Source: Alphaproteobacteria bacterium
Lineage (GTDB): Bacteria > Pseudomonadota > Alphaproteobacteria > MPNO01 > UBA830
Length of the DNA: 64,000 nucleotides
Reading direction: 5' to 3'
Assembly (NCBI GenBank): GCA_964291215.2
Contig: OZ219791.1
Coordinates: forward strand, 608,001-672,000
The notes under the pieces are model-generated. The model was given only the letters and a program-made list of their open reading frames with translations, had not been told where the DNA came from and made no database searches. Position 1 is the stretch's first letter. Each line of letters opens with the position of its first letter. The position numbers were made by a program, and so were the translations under genes. Shown here one piece after another: positions 1-8,904 of this stretch.

Positions 1-483
1 CGCATCGAGATAACTCTCGATGAACGCATCGCTGACGTTCCGCATCTCCATGAGCGCGGTATCGGATGCCTGCCAAAGACGTCGACCGTCGCGCCACATC
101 ACCGCATAGCTGACAAGGCTATGCTGCCTGCCGCGCAGCGCCTTCAACTGTGCAGACGCCTCCATGCGCGTTGCCGGCTTGTCGTACTGGGTTTCCTCGC
201 ATTCCAGCACCTGGTCCGCACCCAGCACCATCCGTCCCGGATGCCTGCCCGAAACTCGTGAAGCCTTTGCATCCGCAAGGACTTCGGCGATGGTAGCGGC
301 CACAGCGTTCTCGGCACGCAAGCTTCGCTTAACTTTTTCCTCGTCGACAAGGGCCGGATCGACATCGAAAGGCACGCCGCACGCCTCAAGGAGAGCCTGT
401 CTGCTTCGGCTTGACGATGCAAGAACGATACGTTCCCCTGACGCACCGGCAAGCACCGGCAAGCTTTGTTCCGGTCTTTCCAT
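1..483 (-). CDS. maf: Maf-family nucleoside triphosphate pyrophosphatase (5' part; runs off the window edge)
   Basis: Not in the ORF track. Manual translation from ATG 483 gives MERPEQ...RIVLASSSRSRQALL...VDEEKVK...LADAKA...MVLGADQVL...DKP, carrying the Maf motifs LASxSxxR, GADQ and KP. Confidence 0.9.
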   Translation of the reverse strand, partial: MERPEQSLPVLAGASGERIVLASSSRSRQALLEACGVPFDVDPALVDEEKVKRSLRAENAVAATIAEVLADAKASRVSGRHPGRMVLGADQVLECEETQYDKPATRMEASAQLKALRGRQHSLVSYAVMWRDGRRLWQASDTALMEMRNVSDAFIESYLDA

Positions 484-619
484 CGATTTACACCTGCCGC
501 GCACCAGCCCGACGGAACTCTTACCCAGGCAAACGGTGCATATCGCCAGAATAGCCTGTTGAGAGACGAGGAAAAACGCACGCCACCAACGGAAAACGAA
601 AATTTGTTCCCGATCGCCC

Positions 620-895
620 GATTTGTTCCATATGTTTTCCAGAACTGAACCGATTTTGCCACAAGTCGGGAAAACCGGCTTGTCCACCACCCCATCAGCG
701 TGGCATTCACGGAGGTTCATCGCATGCAAAGGCTAACGTTGACGGCAGCCACCGAATTTTCAACATCTTATCCAACACATAATTCACCGAATGTTTCACT
801 TATGGATATCGTGTGCATAATCTTGTCATCCCCGGAATTCACATTCTCATACTACTACTGCTATATAGATTAATTCTTTTAAAAATTAATCTTTG
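620..895. other. Putative chromosomal replication origin (oriC): DnaA boxes, DnaA-trios and an AT-rich unwinding element
   Basis: TGTGCATAA at 812-820 (TTATGCACA on the minus strand). Degenerate boxes TTTGCCACA 655-663, TTGTCCACC 680-688, TTATCCAAC 768-776, TCATCCCCG 826-834 and GAATTCACA 835-843. ATA-CTA-CTA-CTG-CTA trinucleotides at 849-863 and an AT-rich tract at 861-893. Lies between maf and hemE, the usual alphaproteobacterial oriC position. Confidence 0.75.
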
Positions 896-898
896 CAG

Positions 899-2010
899 CT
901 ACCCTGGTACCCGACTGGGGCTGAATATGTAGTGACGTTGGTCGCGTGGGTGCCGTTTTGGGTGTCATCGAGTTGTTGATTCCGGGAGGCTTGCCTCTAT
1001 AGGCCGGGACAACGACGATCAGGGTCCCGGTCTTCAGCGTGCGGAACCAGGTCTCGATAACAGGACCCGGGAGGCCAGCCCGCAAACCTGGACGCCGGGA
1101 AGAAACCGATGATGGCAGATCACGCGCCTGATGTTGGCGGCGCGGGCGTCGGCAGACCATCCACTTGTCCCGCGCCCGCAGCTGCCAGGTCGCGAAGCCG
1201 ATCCCGCGTGCCGTGGTGCTGCGAGCGGACCCGATAGCGCATCTGGCCGCGCCTCCCGGAGCTGGCGATCGTCGGTGCCACCCACCGGCGAGACCGGACC
1301 GAGATCCTGCAGCAGGCGGGCGAGCCCGGTACGTCATCGGACGGGACGGCGGGCACGACGGTCGGGGACGCGCCGTGGCGGCGGAAGCTCGAGACCCACG
1401 CGCTTGGCGAGCGCCGGCAGCGCCTGCCGCCGACAGGCACGGACGACCAGGCGCGTTGCGCCAGCCGGTGCGCTCGCGTGACCAATGGACGGCAACCCGC
1501 CGCCGGAACCACAAGCTGCATCTCGTCTCGCTCGCACGATATCGACAAGGCGGAACCCCGGACCGTCTGTAGACAACCACGGAAAACACCATCGCGGACA
1601 CCCGCAAAAACCTTGCCAGGAAACATGGATGCTCGGGATTCCAGGTCGCCATCATCACCAGGTGCTTGTCCTCGCCGTCGCCGACCGGATCCACGGTGAC
1701 CTCGCCAGGCTCCTCCGGAGAACATGCGAGTGGCTTGTCGGTACAGTCCCGCTCAAGGGTGTCGAGGCCATGAGGCCTTGGTGGAGGAAGGACGATGCCG
1801 AGCGCCGAGGCAAGATCAGGTAGGGCCGCACGCGGCAAGGCACAGTTCACCCTTCGCGTTGCGTCAGTCCTCGCGCTCGCACAATCCCTGCGCCAAGGCG
1901 TGCTGCTCTCGGCAACCGATGTCGCCTTCAGCCAATCAACCGTCGTCGTGGACAGATGTCGAAAGTCAATTCTCATGCGCCACTATATAGGGCCTCATGA
2001 ACGTTGAAAG
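899..2010 (-). mobile_element. Decayed mosaic of DUF4338-containing IS4/Tn5-like elements
   Basis: The left end CTTTCAAC at 2010 and MRIDFRHLSTTTVDWLKA match the copies at 37281, 48264 and 52875. A second DUF4338-like fragment (WRNAPGRPCLSA...QMRYRVRSQHHG...GIGFATWQLRARDKWM) and the IS4 catalytic remnant IETWFRTLKTGT lie near 1020-1060. Many frameshifts. Confidence 0.75.
1477..1637 (+). repeat. ~160-bp dispersed repeat, copy 1 (probable end of an unidentified mobile element)
   Basis: CGTGACCAATGGACGGCAACCCGCCGCCGG...AAACCTTGCCAGGAAACATGGATGCTCG recurs in inverted orientation at ~56145-56292. Confidence 0.8.
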
Positions 2011-2093
2011 AGGCGCGGCTTTAACACTGGCTGACGCCAGCCGGACCGAAAAAAGCTCTCGCTTTTGATGCCACGCCGTGTCATATTGCCGGC

Positions 2094-2483
2094 ATGGATC
2101 AGACACCGCAGTTCGCCGCCCAGATTTCTCCTTGGCTGACACCGGTCGTCCTGCTGACCGTTCTCGGTCTCATGTGGCGCAGCATGCTGCGGCTCGAAGA
2201 CCGGCTCAGCAAGCGCATCGACGACACGAACAAGCGTATCGACGACACCAACAGGCGCATCGACGAAACCGCCGCCGCGCTCGTCAAACGCATCGACGAC
2301 ACCACCGCTGCGCTCGTCAAACGCATCGACGACACCACCGCCGCGCTTGGCGCACGCATCGACGGAATCGACAACCGGCTGCGGGCGCTTGAGACCGGCC
2401 AGGCGGAGATCAAGGGAAAGCTCGACTTCGTCGAAGCATACATCCTTGGACGCAACGCCCCCGGAACCGCGCCTGCGGAGTGA
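2094..2483 (+). CDS. Small membrane-anchored coiled-coil protein with RIDDT repeats
   Basis: Intact 129-aa ORF: hydrophobic N-terminal helix (WLTPVVLLTVLGLMW), then KRIDDTN heptads and (K/R)RID(D/E)T(T/A)AAL(V/G) 11-mers. A GGCGGCTC/GAGCCGCC hairpin follows the stop. Confidence 0.75.
   Translation: MDQTPQFAAQISPWLTPVVLLTVLGLMWRSMLRLEDRLSKRIDDTNKRIDDTNRRIDETAAALVKRIDDTTAALVKRIDDTTAALGARIDGIDNRLRALETGQAEIKGKLDFVEAYILGRNAPGTAPAE
2211..2372 (+). repeat. In-frame tandem repeat (2 x 21 bp, then 3 x 33 bp, then a partial unit)
   Basis: Units AAGCGCATCGACGACACGAAC and AAACGCATCGACGACACCACCGCTGCGCTCGTC. Confidence 0.9.
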
Positions 2484-2533
2484 TCCGGCGGCTCGGGGCG
2501 GCACGCATCCCGCATTGAGCCGCCTGTCCGCAT

Positions 2534-2905
2534 TCACCGAGCGAATGTGGACAGGACCGGATGAAGGGTTCGGCGCGGCCAGTCCCGCAGCAGGTCGTCG
2601 TACAACGCCGAGGGGCGGCCCGAGACCATCACCTGAAACGGCAGCCCCTTGAGCAGTTCAAGGAGTTCGACATGGTCGGTGTAGTCGTGACGGTACCGCC
2701 GGCCCGACCGGCGCGTCGCCTGCAGGGATCGCTGCAGACCAGTTCCGTGCCCCGGAACGCAAGGCCGGCCAGGAACGCGTGGGCGCCGGCGCTTCATCAG
2801 CACGCCGCCTCCGAGATGCGTTTCCACATACAGATCATGCGGGGGCCGGAGCCCCGGAAGCAGCTGGCACAGCCCGCTCGTCGCCTTCGATCCAAAGTAG
2901 CCCAC
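2534..2905 (-). pseudogene. Dam-like (alpha-class N6-adenine) DNA methyltransferase, degenerate
   Basis: GYFGSKATSG (motif X-like) and YVETHLGGG (motif I, SAM binding). A corrupted DPPY reads ELVCSDPC in another frame near 2720-2745. C-terminal RYRHDYTDH...VMVSG..SALYD is present. Internally deleted. Confidence 0.75.
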
Positions 2906-3029
2906 TGGCGGTCCCCATCGTTCTCGATGACCGTCACTGAACGAATCGGGCTGCAATGTCAAATCTCCACGAGAACCCGTTCGTTGCTCTACCCCGACAT
3001 CAAGCCGGAACCAGGGGGTGAGCAGTTAC
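2534..3029 (-). mobile_element. Left end of an IS66-family element carrying the methyltransferase (truncated copy)
   Basis: ~2790-3029 is a close copy of ~51909-52148. Both stop exactly at GGGGGTGAGCAGTTAC (GTAACTGCTCACC on the minus strand, a GTAA-type IS66 end). Confidence 0.7.
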
Positions 3030-3091
3030 TTTTATTCTCTGACAGATCCCGCTATGGCGGATGGCATGTCCGTTGTGATATTGCATCGTTC

Positions 3092-4126
3092 ATGAACCTC
3101 ACGCAAAAGCCCCTTCTTGCGGCCCTTGGTAACCGGAGAATGGATCCGCCTCCAATCTGGCTCATGCGCCAGGCTGGGCGGTACCTTCCCGAATACAGGT
3201 CTATGCGGGCCGGGGCCGGAAGTTTTCTGGATCTCTGCCTCGATCCGGCGAAGGCTGCCATCGTCACCCTCCAGCCGATCTCGCGCTTCGGATTTGACGC
3301 TGCGATCCTGTTCTCTGATATTCTCGTCGTTCCCCACGCTCTTGGCCAGAAAGTGGATTTCGAGACCGGGATAGGCCCGACGACCGTTCCCGTGAGGAAC
3401 GGTGGCGACCTGGCGAAGCTGTCGACGGAGCGGGTGCATGATCTCCTGTCTCCGGTATACGAGACCGTGGAACGGGCAGCGCACGGAATGCCCGACGATG
3501 TTGCGTTGATAGGCTTTGCCGGAGCGCCATGGACGGTTGCTACCTACATGGTCGAGGGTGGCGCCAGCCGCGACCATGCCGCGACAAGGGCCTGGGCGCT
3601 GGGCGCGCCCGAGGACTTCGAACGCCTGATCGACATGCTCGTGGAGGTTATCGCGGAGTTTCTCATCCGTCAGGTAGCTGCGGGTGCCGAAGCGCTCCAG
3701 ATCTTCGACAGCTGGGCAGGGGCTCTTTCGGCTCATGCCTTCGCGAGATACTCGCTGGAGCCGATCCGCAGGATTGCCGCCCGCATAAAGCGCACCTGTC
3801 CGCAGGTTCCGGTGATCGCCTTTCCTCGGGGCGTTCCGCTGCAGTTGCCGAGATTCGCGTCGGCCAGTGAAATCGACGCGGTCTCGATCGATCATACAAC
3901 CGATCCGCAATGGGTCGCCGAGCGTATACAGCCTGCAGTTCCGGTTCAGGGCAATCTGGATCCGGCGCTGCTGCTCACCGGAGGCGCCGAGATGGTCAGG
4001 GCGGCGCGGGAAATCGTCGAAACCTTCTCGGGCGGCGCCCATGTCTTCAACTTGGGCCACGGAGTTCTGCCCGCGACGCCGGTCGAACATGTCCGGGATC
4101 TCGTGCGGACGATCCGCGGAGAGTGA
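3092..4126 (+). CDS. hemE: Uroporphyrinogen decarboxylase
   Basis: PIWLMRQAGRYLPEY, FDAAILFSDIL, LIGFAGAPWT, VFNLGHG. The true start is ATG 3092; the ORF-track extension from 2561 runs through IS sequence. Confidence 0.97.
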   Translation: MNLTQKPLLAALGNRRMDPPPIWLMRQAGRYLPEYRSMRAGAGSFLDLCLDPAKAAIVTLQPISRFGFDAAILFSDILVVPHALGQKVDFETGIGPTTVPVRNGGDLAKLSTERVHDLLSPVYETVERAAHGMPDDVALIGFAGAPWTVATYMVEGGASRDHAATRAWALGAPEDFERLIDMLVEVIAEFLIRQVAAGAEALQIFDSWAGALSAHAFARYSLEPIRRIAARIKRTCPQVPVIAFPRGVPLQLPRFASASEIDAVSIDHTTDPQWVAERIQPAVPVQGNLDPALLLTGGAEMVRAAREIVETFSGGAHVFNLGHGVLPATPVEHVRDLVRTIRGE

Positions 4127-4132
4127 CGAGAC

Positions 4133-5158
4133 ATGCGTCGTATCGCCGTCATTGCCTTCAATCTTGGGGGCCCCGACCGTCCGGAAGCCGTGGAACCGTT
4201 TCTGAGGAACCTGTTTTCGGATCCATTCATCCTTCGCGTTCCGTGGCCGGTCCGCATCTGCCTTGCCTGGTTCATCGCCCGCCGGAGGTCGCGGATCGCG
4301 ACTGGAATCTATGACCGGATCGGGGGCGGCTCCCCGATCCTGGAGGAGACCCGGAAACAGGCGGAAGCGCTTGAACGGGAGCTGTCCGACAGCCAGGAAT
4401 CGTATCGCGTTTTCGTGGCCATGCGGTACTGGCACCCGATGGCGGAGGAAGTGGCCTTCGATGTCGCCGACTGGCAACCCGACGCCACGGTTCTTCTGCC
4501 GCTCTATCCCCAGTTCTCGACAACGACGACACAATCGTTCCTGAGCGCTTGGAAACAGGCCGTGGGCGTGGCCGGCCTCGCGGTTCCGGAGTCGGTGATC
4601 TGCTGCTGGCCGGAACTTGCAGGGTTCGTGGATGCCATGGCGCGACGGATATCGGACGCGCTCCAACGGTTGCCGGAAGGAACGCGGTCGCGAATCCTCT
4701 TTTCGGCTCACGGCCTGCCGCGAAAGTTCGTCGAGGACGGGGATCCCTACGCGGACCGGATCGCGCGGAGCGTGGCCGCCATCGTTGCCCGGTTACCGGC
4801 GCCCGATCACGTCATCTGCTATCAGAGCAGGGTTGGCCGCCTGGAATGGCTTCGGCCCTATGCGGAGGAGGAGATCAGGCGCGCCGGCGCCGAAGGCCTC
4901 TCGCTCGTGGTCGTTCCCGTCTCCTTCGTCAGCGAACACTCCGAGACCCTGGTCGAGCTTGACATCGACTATGCCGAGCTCGCGGCTTCGTGCGGGGTCC
5001 CGCACTATCTTCGCGTGCCCGCAGTCGGCGACGATCCGCTGTTCATTGCCGGTCTCGCCGGAATGGTGCGGCAGATCGCCGGGCCGGGTGTGGCCGCCGA
5101 GGGTGCTGCTTGCGGTTCGGGCTTCGGCTGCTGTCCGGCTGGAGCGGCCGGGACATGA
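4133..5158 (+). CDS. hemH: Ferrochelatase
   Basis: FNLGGP, AMRYWHP, LYPQFS, FSAHGLP, YQSRVG, SEHSETLVELD. Confidence 0.97.
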   Translation: MRRIAVIAFNLGGPDRPEAVEPFLRNLFSDPFILRVPWPVRICLAWFIARRRSRIATGIYDRIGGGSPILEETRKQAEALERELSDSQESYRVFVAMRYWHPMAEEVAFDVADWQPDATVLLPLYPQFSTTTTQSFLSAWKQAVGVAGLAVPESVICCWPELAGFVDAMARRISDALQRLPEGTRSRILFSAHGLPRKFVEDGDPYADRIARSVAAIVARLPAPDHVICYQSRVGRLEWLRPYAEEEIRRAGAEGLSLVVVPVSFVSEHSETLVELDIDYAELAASCGVPHYLRVPAVGDDPLFIAGLAGMVRQIAGPGVAAEGAACGSGFGCCPAGAAGT

Positions 5159-5598
5159 CGGTCGCCGGCCTTTATCCTTGGCTCAAGGCGCTTCACATCA
5201 TCAGCGTCATCGCGTGGATGGCGGCAATGCTCTATCTGCCGAGGCTCTTCGTGTATCATGCCGACGCCGAGTCGGGGTCGGACAAGTCGGAAACCTTCAA
5301 GATCATGGAACGGCGACTGCTGCGCGCGATCATGACGCCGGCAATGGTCGCAAGCCTCCTGTTCGGGGGAGCGCTGCTGCTGATGCCCGGAATCGTCGAC
5401 TGGCATGCGGGCTGGATGTGGATCAAGATCGTCATGGTCGCCGGCCTCCTGATCATCCATGAGCGGCTGGCCAGATGGCAGCGGGACTTCGCCCGCGACC
5501 GCAACAGGAAGACGGCACGGTTCTACAGGATGGTCAACGAGGTCCCTGCGGTCCTGGTCATCGCGACGGTCGTGCTTGCGGTCGTGAAGCCGTTCTAG
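5155..5598 (+). CDS. hemJ: Protoporphyrinogen oxidase HemJ
   Basis: WLKALHIISVIAWMA..LYLPRLFVYH, MERRL, NEVP...VVKPF. ATGA overlap with the hemH stop. Confidence 0.95.
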   Translation: MTVAGLYPWLKALHIISVIAWMAAMLYLPRLFVYHADAESGSDKSETFKIMERRLLRAIMTPAMVASLLFGGALLLMPGIVDWHAGWMWIKIVMVAGLLIIHERLARWQRDFARDRNRKTARFYRMVNEVPAVLVIATVVLAVVKPF

Positions 5599-5620
5599 CC
5601 GGGGAAAGGGGAGACATGCG

Positions 5621-6805
5621 GTGGCAGCGCAGAAGATACTGATCGTTGGCGCAGGTCTTGGCGGGCTGGCCGCCGCCGGGTGCCTGTTGCGGGCCGGCTA
5701 CGAGGTTGAGGTCTACGAGCAGGCTCCGGCGCTCGGGGAGATCGGCGCCGGCATCCAGGTCAGCGCGAACGCGATGCATGTCCTCGATCACCTCGGGATC
5801 GGCGGCGAGGTGTCGGCGCGGTCGGTCCGCCCGGCCGCTTACGTATTTCGCCTCCACGACACCGGGGAGGTCATCGACCGGTTCGCGCTGGCGGTCGATC
5901 ACGAGCGGATGCACAAGGCGCCCTACAACCAGATTCACCGCGCCGACCTGCACCAGCTGCTTGCCGGCGCGGTGATGAAGGCGGACCCGGACACGATCCG
6001 GCTCAACCGGCGGGTTATCGGGTTCGACGAGGACGGCAGCGGGGTCACACTCCATTTCGAGGGGCATCCGAGCATCAGGGGTGATCTTCTGGTCGGCGCC
6101 GACGGCGTCAAGTCGGTGATACGGGACAACATTTCCGGGCACGTGGAGGCGGAGTATACCGGCGATTCCGCATGGCGGCTCACGATTCCGCGTGAGAAGC
6201 TCCCGCCCGACTTCATGCCCGAGGTCATGTCGGTGTGGATGGGGCCGGGCAAGCATGCCGTCTCGTACTGGATCCGGAATGGAGATCTGCTCAACTTCGT
6301 CGGGGCGGTCGAGACGCCGGTCGCTACCGAGGAATCCTGGACGCTGAAATTTCCTTGGGAGGAATTGCGGGCCGATTTCGAGGAGTGGCACCGTGACATC
6401 GCGACGGTCATCGATCTTGCCGACCGCGAACAATGCTATCGCTGGGCGCTCTACCGGCGTCCGACGATAGACAACTGGAGCACGGCCCGCGCCACCATTC
6501 TCGGCGATGCGGCCCACGCAACGCTGCCCTACCTGGCCCAGGGCGCGGCGATGGCCATCGAGGATGGCGCCGTGCTTGCGCGTGCGCTGAAGCAGTGCGC
6601 CGAACCGGGCGAAGCGTTTCGCCTCTACGAGAGAAACCGCGCCAGCCGCACCGCGCGGGTCGTCAGCGCATCGGACTCCAACCGGCGGCTGTTCCATCTG
6701 GAAAGCGTGGAAGAGATCAAGCGGATCTTTGCCGAGCGTGACGAAGGGGACGACCGCAACAGCTGGCTTTATTCGTACAACCCGCTGACGGTCGAGCTGT
6801 CATGA
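5621..6805 (+). CDS. FAD-dependent aromatic-ring monooxygenase (salicylate hydroxylase-like, group A)
   Basis: GAGLGG, EIGAGIQ, GADGVKS, LGDAAH..LPYLAQGAAMAIED. Confidence 0.9.
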   Translation: MAAQKILIVGAGLGGLAAAGCLLRAGYEVEVYEQAPALGEIGAGIQVSANAMHVLDHLGIGGEVSARSVRPAAYVFRLHDTGEVIDRFALAVDHERMHKAPYNQIHRADLHQLLAGAVMKADPDTIRLNRRVIGFDEDGSGVTLHFEGHPSIRGDLLVGADGVKSVIRDNISGHVEAEYTGDSAWRLTIPREKLPPDFMPEVMSVWMGPGKHAVSYWIRNGDLLNFVGAVETPVATEESWTLKFPWEELRADFEEWHRDIATVIDLADREQCYRWALYRRPTIDNWSTARATILGDAAHATLPYLAQGAAMAIEDGAVLARALKQCAEPGEAFRLYERNRASRTARVVSASDSNRRLFHLESVEEIKRIFAERDEGDDRNSWLYSYNPLTVELS

Positions 6806-7960
6806 TCCGGACGGCAGGCCAAGAATTCTCCTGGCGATGATATTCCGCTGGATCTCGCTCGATCCGCCATAGATCGTTGCGCGCCGCGTCTGCAGCAGGA
6901 GCGACGCGGCGTCCGCGTGCTCTGTCCCGACGCCGCCTATCATCGCGCCATGAATGCCGGCCGCCTCGACCAGCAGGTCGGCGATCTTCTGCAGCAGCTC
7001 GGTGCCCGTGATCTTCAGGAGTGACGCCTCGACGCCGAGAGATCCGCCGGCATTGGCGATTTCGGCGGCGTGGGCGAACATGGCCGAAAACGCAACCACC
7101 TCGACATCGATGGCGGCCAGCCTGTCGCGGAATCCGGGATCGTCCATCGCTCCGCTCGACACCGCCGCCTCACGGGTGCGCCACAGGGCGTCATGCAGCA
7201 GCTGCGGGTTTGCGGTCACGAGCCGCTCGTGCGCGAGCAGGGCGTTAGCTATGCGCCAGCCGTCATGGAGGCTTCCGACGAGGTTCTCCATCGGCACGCG
7301 CACGCCGTCGAGGAACACCTCTGCGAACTCGTCATCCCCGGCAATGGTGCGGATCGGCCGCACCGTGACGCCGGGAGCGCGCATGTCAACCAGAACGAAA
7401 CTCAAGCCCGCTTGCTTGCGCGGCGCCTCAGGATCGGAATGCACGAGCGCGAACATCCAGTCCGCATGGTGGGCCCATGTCGTCCAGATCTTGGATCCGG
7501 TCACGATCAGATGTTCGCCGTCGATGTGCGCTGCGGTCGAGAGGCTTGCCAGGTCCGATCCGGCGCCCGGTTCGGAATAGCCCTGGCACCAGAGCTCGTC
7601 GCCAGAGAGGATTGGCGGGAGAAAGCGGCGCTTCTGGGCGCCGGTGCCGTGGGACATGAGGATCGGGCCTATATGGTAGAGGCCCTGCGCTGATATCTCC
7701 GGGGCTCCGGCCCGCGCGAGTTCCTCGCGGACTATGATCTGCCGGTCGAGTGTGTCCTCGCCGCCGCCATGCTCGCGCGGCCAGTGAAGCGCGATCCATC
7801 CCCGGTCATGGAGCCGGCGATGCCACCACATCGCGCGCTCGACGGATGGTCGCGTCGGAAGCCCCCGCAGATCGCCAGGCAGGTTGGCGTCGATCCAGGC
7901 CCGCACCTCGTCCCTGAAACGCGCGTCTTCGGGGCTGTCGTTCCGGAAACTGAAGGCCAT
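6800..7960 (-). CDS. Acyl-CoA dehydrogenase family protein
   Basis: WCQGYSEPGAGSDLASL, GSKIWT, TIYGGSSEIQRNII. Confidence 0.93.
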   Translation of the reverse strand: MAFSFRNDSPEDARFRDEVRAWIDANLPGDLRGLPTRPSVERAMWWHRRLHDRGWIALHWPREHGGGEDTLDRQIIVREELARAGAPEISAQGLYHIGPILMSHGTGAQKRRFLPPILSGDELWCQGYSEPGAGSDLASLSTAAHIDGEHLIVTGSKIWTTWAHHADWMFALVHSDPEAPRKQAGLSFVLVDMRAPGVTVRPIRTIAGDDEFAEVFLDGVRVPMENLVGSLHDGWRIANALLAHERLVTANPQLLHDALWRTREAAVSSGAMDDPGFRDRLAAIDVEVVAFSAMFAHAAEIANAGGSLGVEASLLKITGTELLQKIADLLVEAAGIHGAMIGGVGTEHADAASLLLQTRRATIYGGSSEIQRNIIARRILGLPSGS

Positions 7961-8003
7961 GGTCCGGCGCCGCGTTCACCGGCTTGTGGCCGGACGCGTC
8001 CGC

Positions 8004-8870
8004 TCATGCACGGCCGTGGACGCGGCCGAGAAAGGCAAGAACATCCGCGTTGAAGCGTTCGGCGTGCTCGATGTTCGGGCAGTGGCCGCATTGTTCGTAG
8101 ACATGGTGTTCGTTTTCGGGAATGCGCCGGGCGAGGTCTGCGGAATAGCCGGGCTCGCGCAGCGGATCGTTGGCGCCGGCGATGATGAGAACCGGCACCT
8201 TGATGCGTTCATAGGCCGTGTTGTCCGGCACCCCGAAACCCTGTTCGGCCCGCCCGTCGCCTTCCGGCTTCTTCTCCGGACGCTTGAGGCGCGGCGCCGA
8301 GGCGCATTCGAACGCGCCCGGCAGCAACGCGAGCTCCTGGCGCTTCGCGACATAAGCGTCGTCGTCGCCCCACCGTGGATCATGCAGCATCGCATGGAGC
8401 AAGTCGCGCATTGCTTCCGCCGAGCAGTCATAGGCGAGGAGAGTCTTTCTCTCCTCGGTCAACGGCGTGAAGCCGCCGCCCGAACACAGCACGGCGGACC
8501 GCACCGGGAGGATCGGCGGCGGGTCGGAGATTATTCGCGCAAGATTGGAGCCTCCCATCGAATTGCCGATGAAGTCGGCCTCGCGGATGCCGAGCACCTC
8601 GAAGAACCGCTTCATGTGGCCGTAGACCCGCCCGCGGGCATCGGCAAAGTCGTAGACCTTGTCGGTGCGGCCGAAGCCGAGCCAGTCGGGGGCGACCACG
8701 TGATAATGCGGCGCCAGCGACGGAATCGTGAATTCCCAGCTGATTTCCGCGGCGCCGCCGAACTCGCCGGAATGCAGGAGCGCTACGGTCGGCGCGTCGG
8801 GATCTCCGGCTTCGAGATAGTGTGTCGCGATGCCGTCCACCGCGACATGTCTGGAATGGATGTCAGCCAT
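8004..8870 (-). CDS. Alpha/beta hydrolase (meta-cleavage product hydrolase-like)
   Basis: PDWLGFG, nucleophile elbow GNSMGG, catalytic GHCP. Start at MADIHS. Confidence 0.9.
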   Translation of the reverse strand: MADIHSRHVAVDGIATHYLEAGDPDAPTVALLHSGEFGGAAEISWEFTIPSLAPHYHVVAPDWLGFGRTDKVYDFADARGRVYGHMKRFFEVLGIREADFIGNSMGGSNLARIISDPPPILPVRSAVLCSGGGFTPLTEERKTLLAYDCSAEAMRDLLHAMLHDPRWGDDDAYVAKRQELALLPGAFECASAPRLKRPEKKPEGDGRAEQGFGVPDNTAYERIKVPVLIIAGANDPLREPGYSADLARRIPENEHHVYEQCGHCPNIEHAERFNADVLAFLGRVHGRA

Positions 8871-8904
8871 TGTGCTCTCGTGACAAGGGCGCCCGGACGG
8901 ATGG

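Noticed and set aside
870-889. CtrA site (TTAA-N7-TTAA) in the putative origin
   Set aside because: TTAA half-sites are spaced 5, 3 and 12 nt apart, not 7.
2211-2372. Short repeats as a CRISPR array
   Set aside because: Units are contiguous multiples of 3 inside an ORF, with no unique spacers and no cas genes.
2561-3091. N-terminal extension of HemE (and the similar extension on the 51935-52810 ORF)
   Set aside because: Open by chance through the antisense strand of the IS66/methyltransferase end; HemE similarity starts at 3092.
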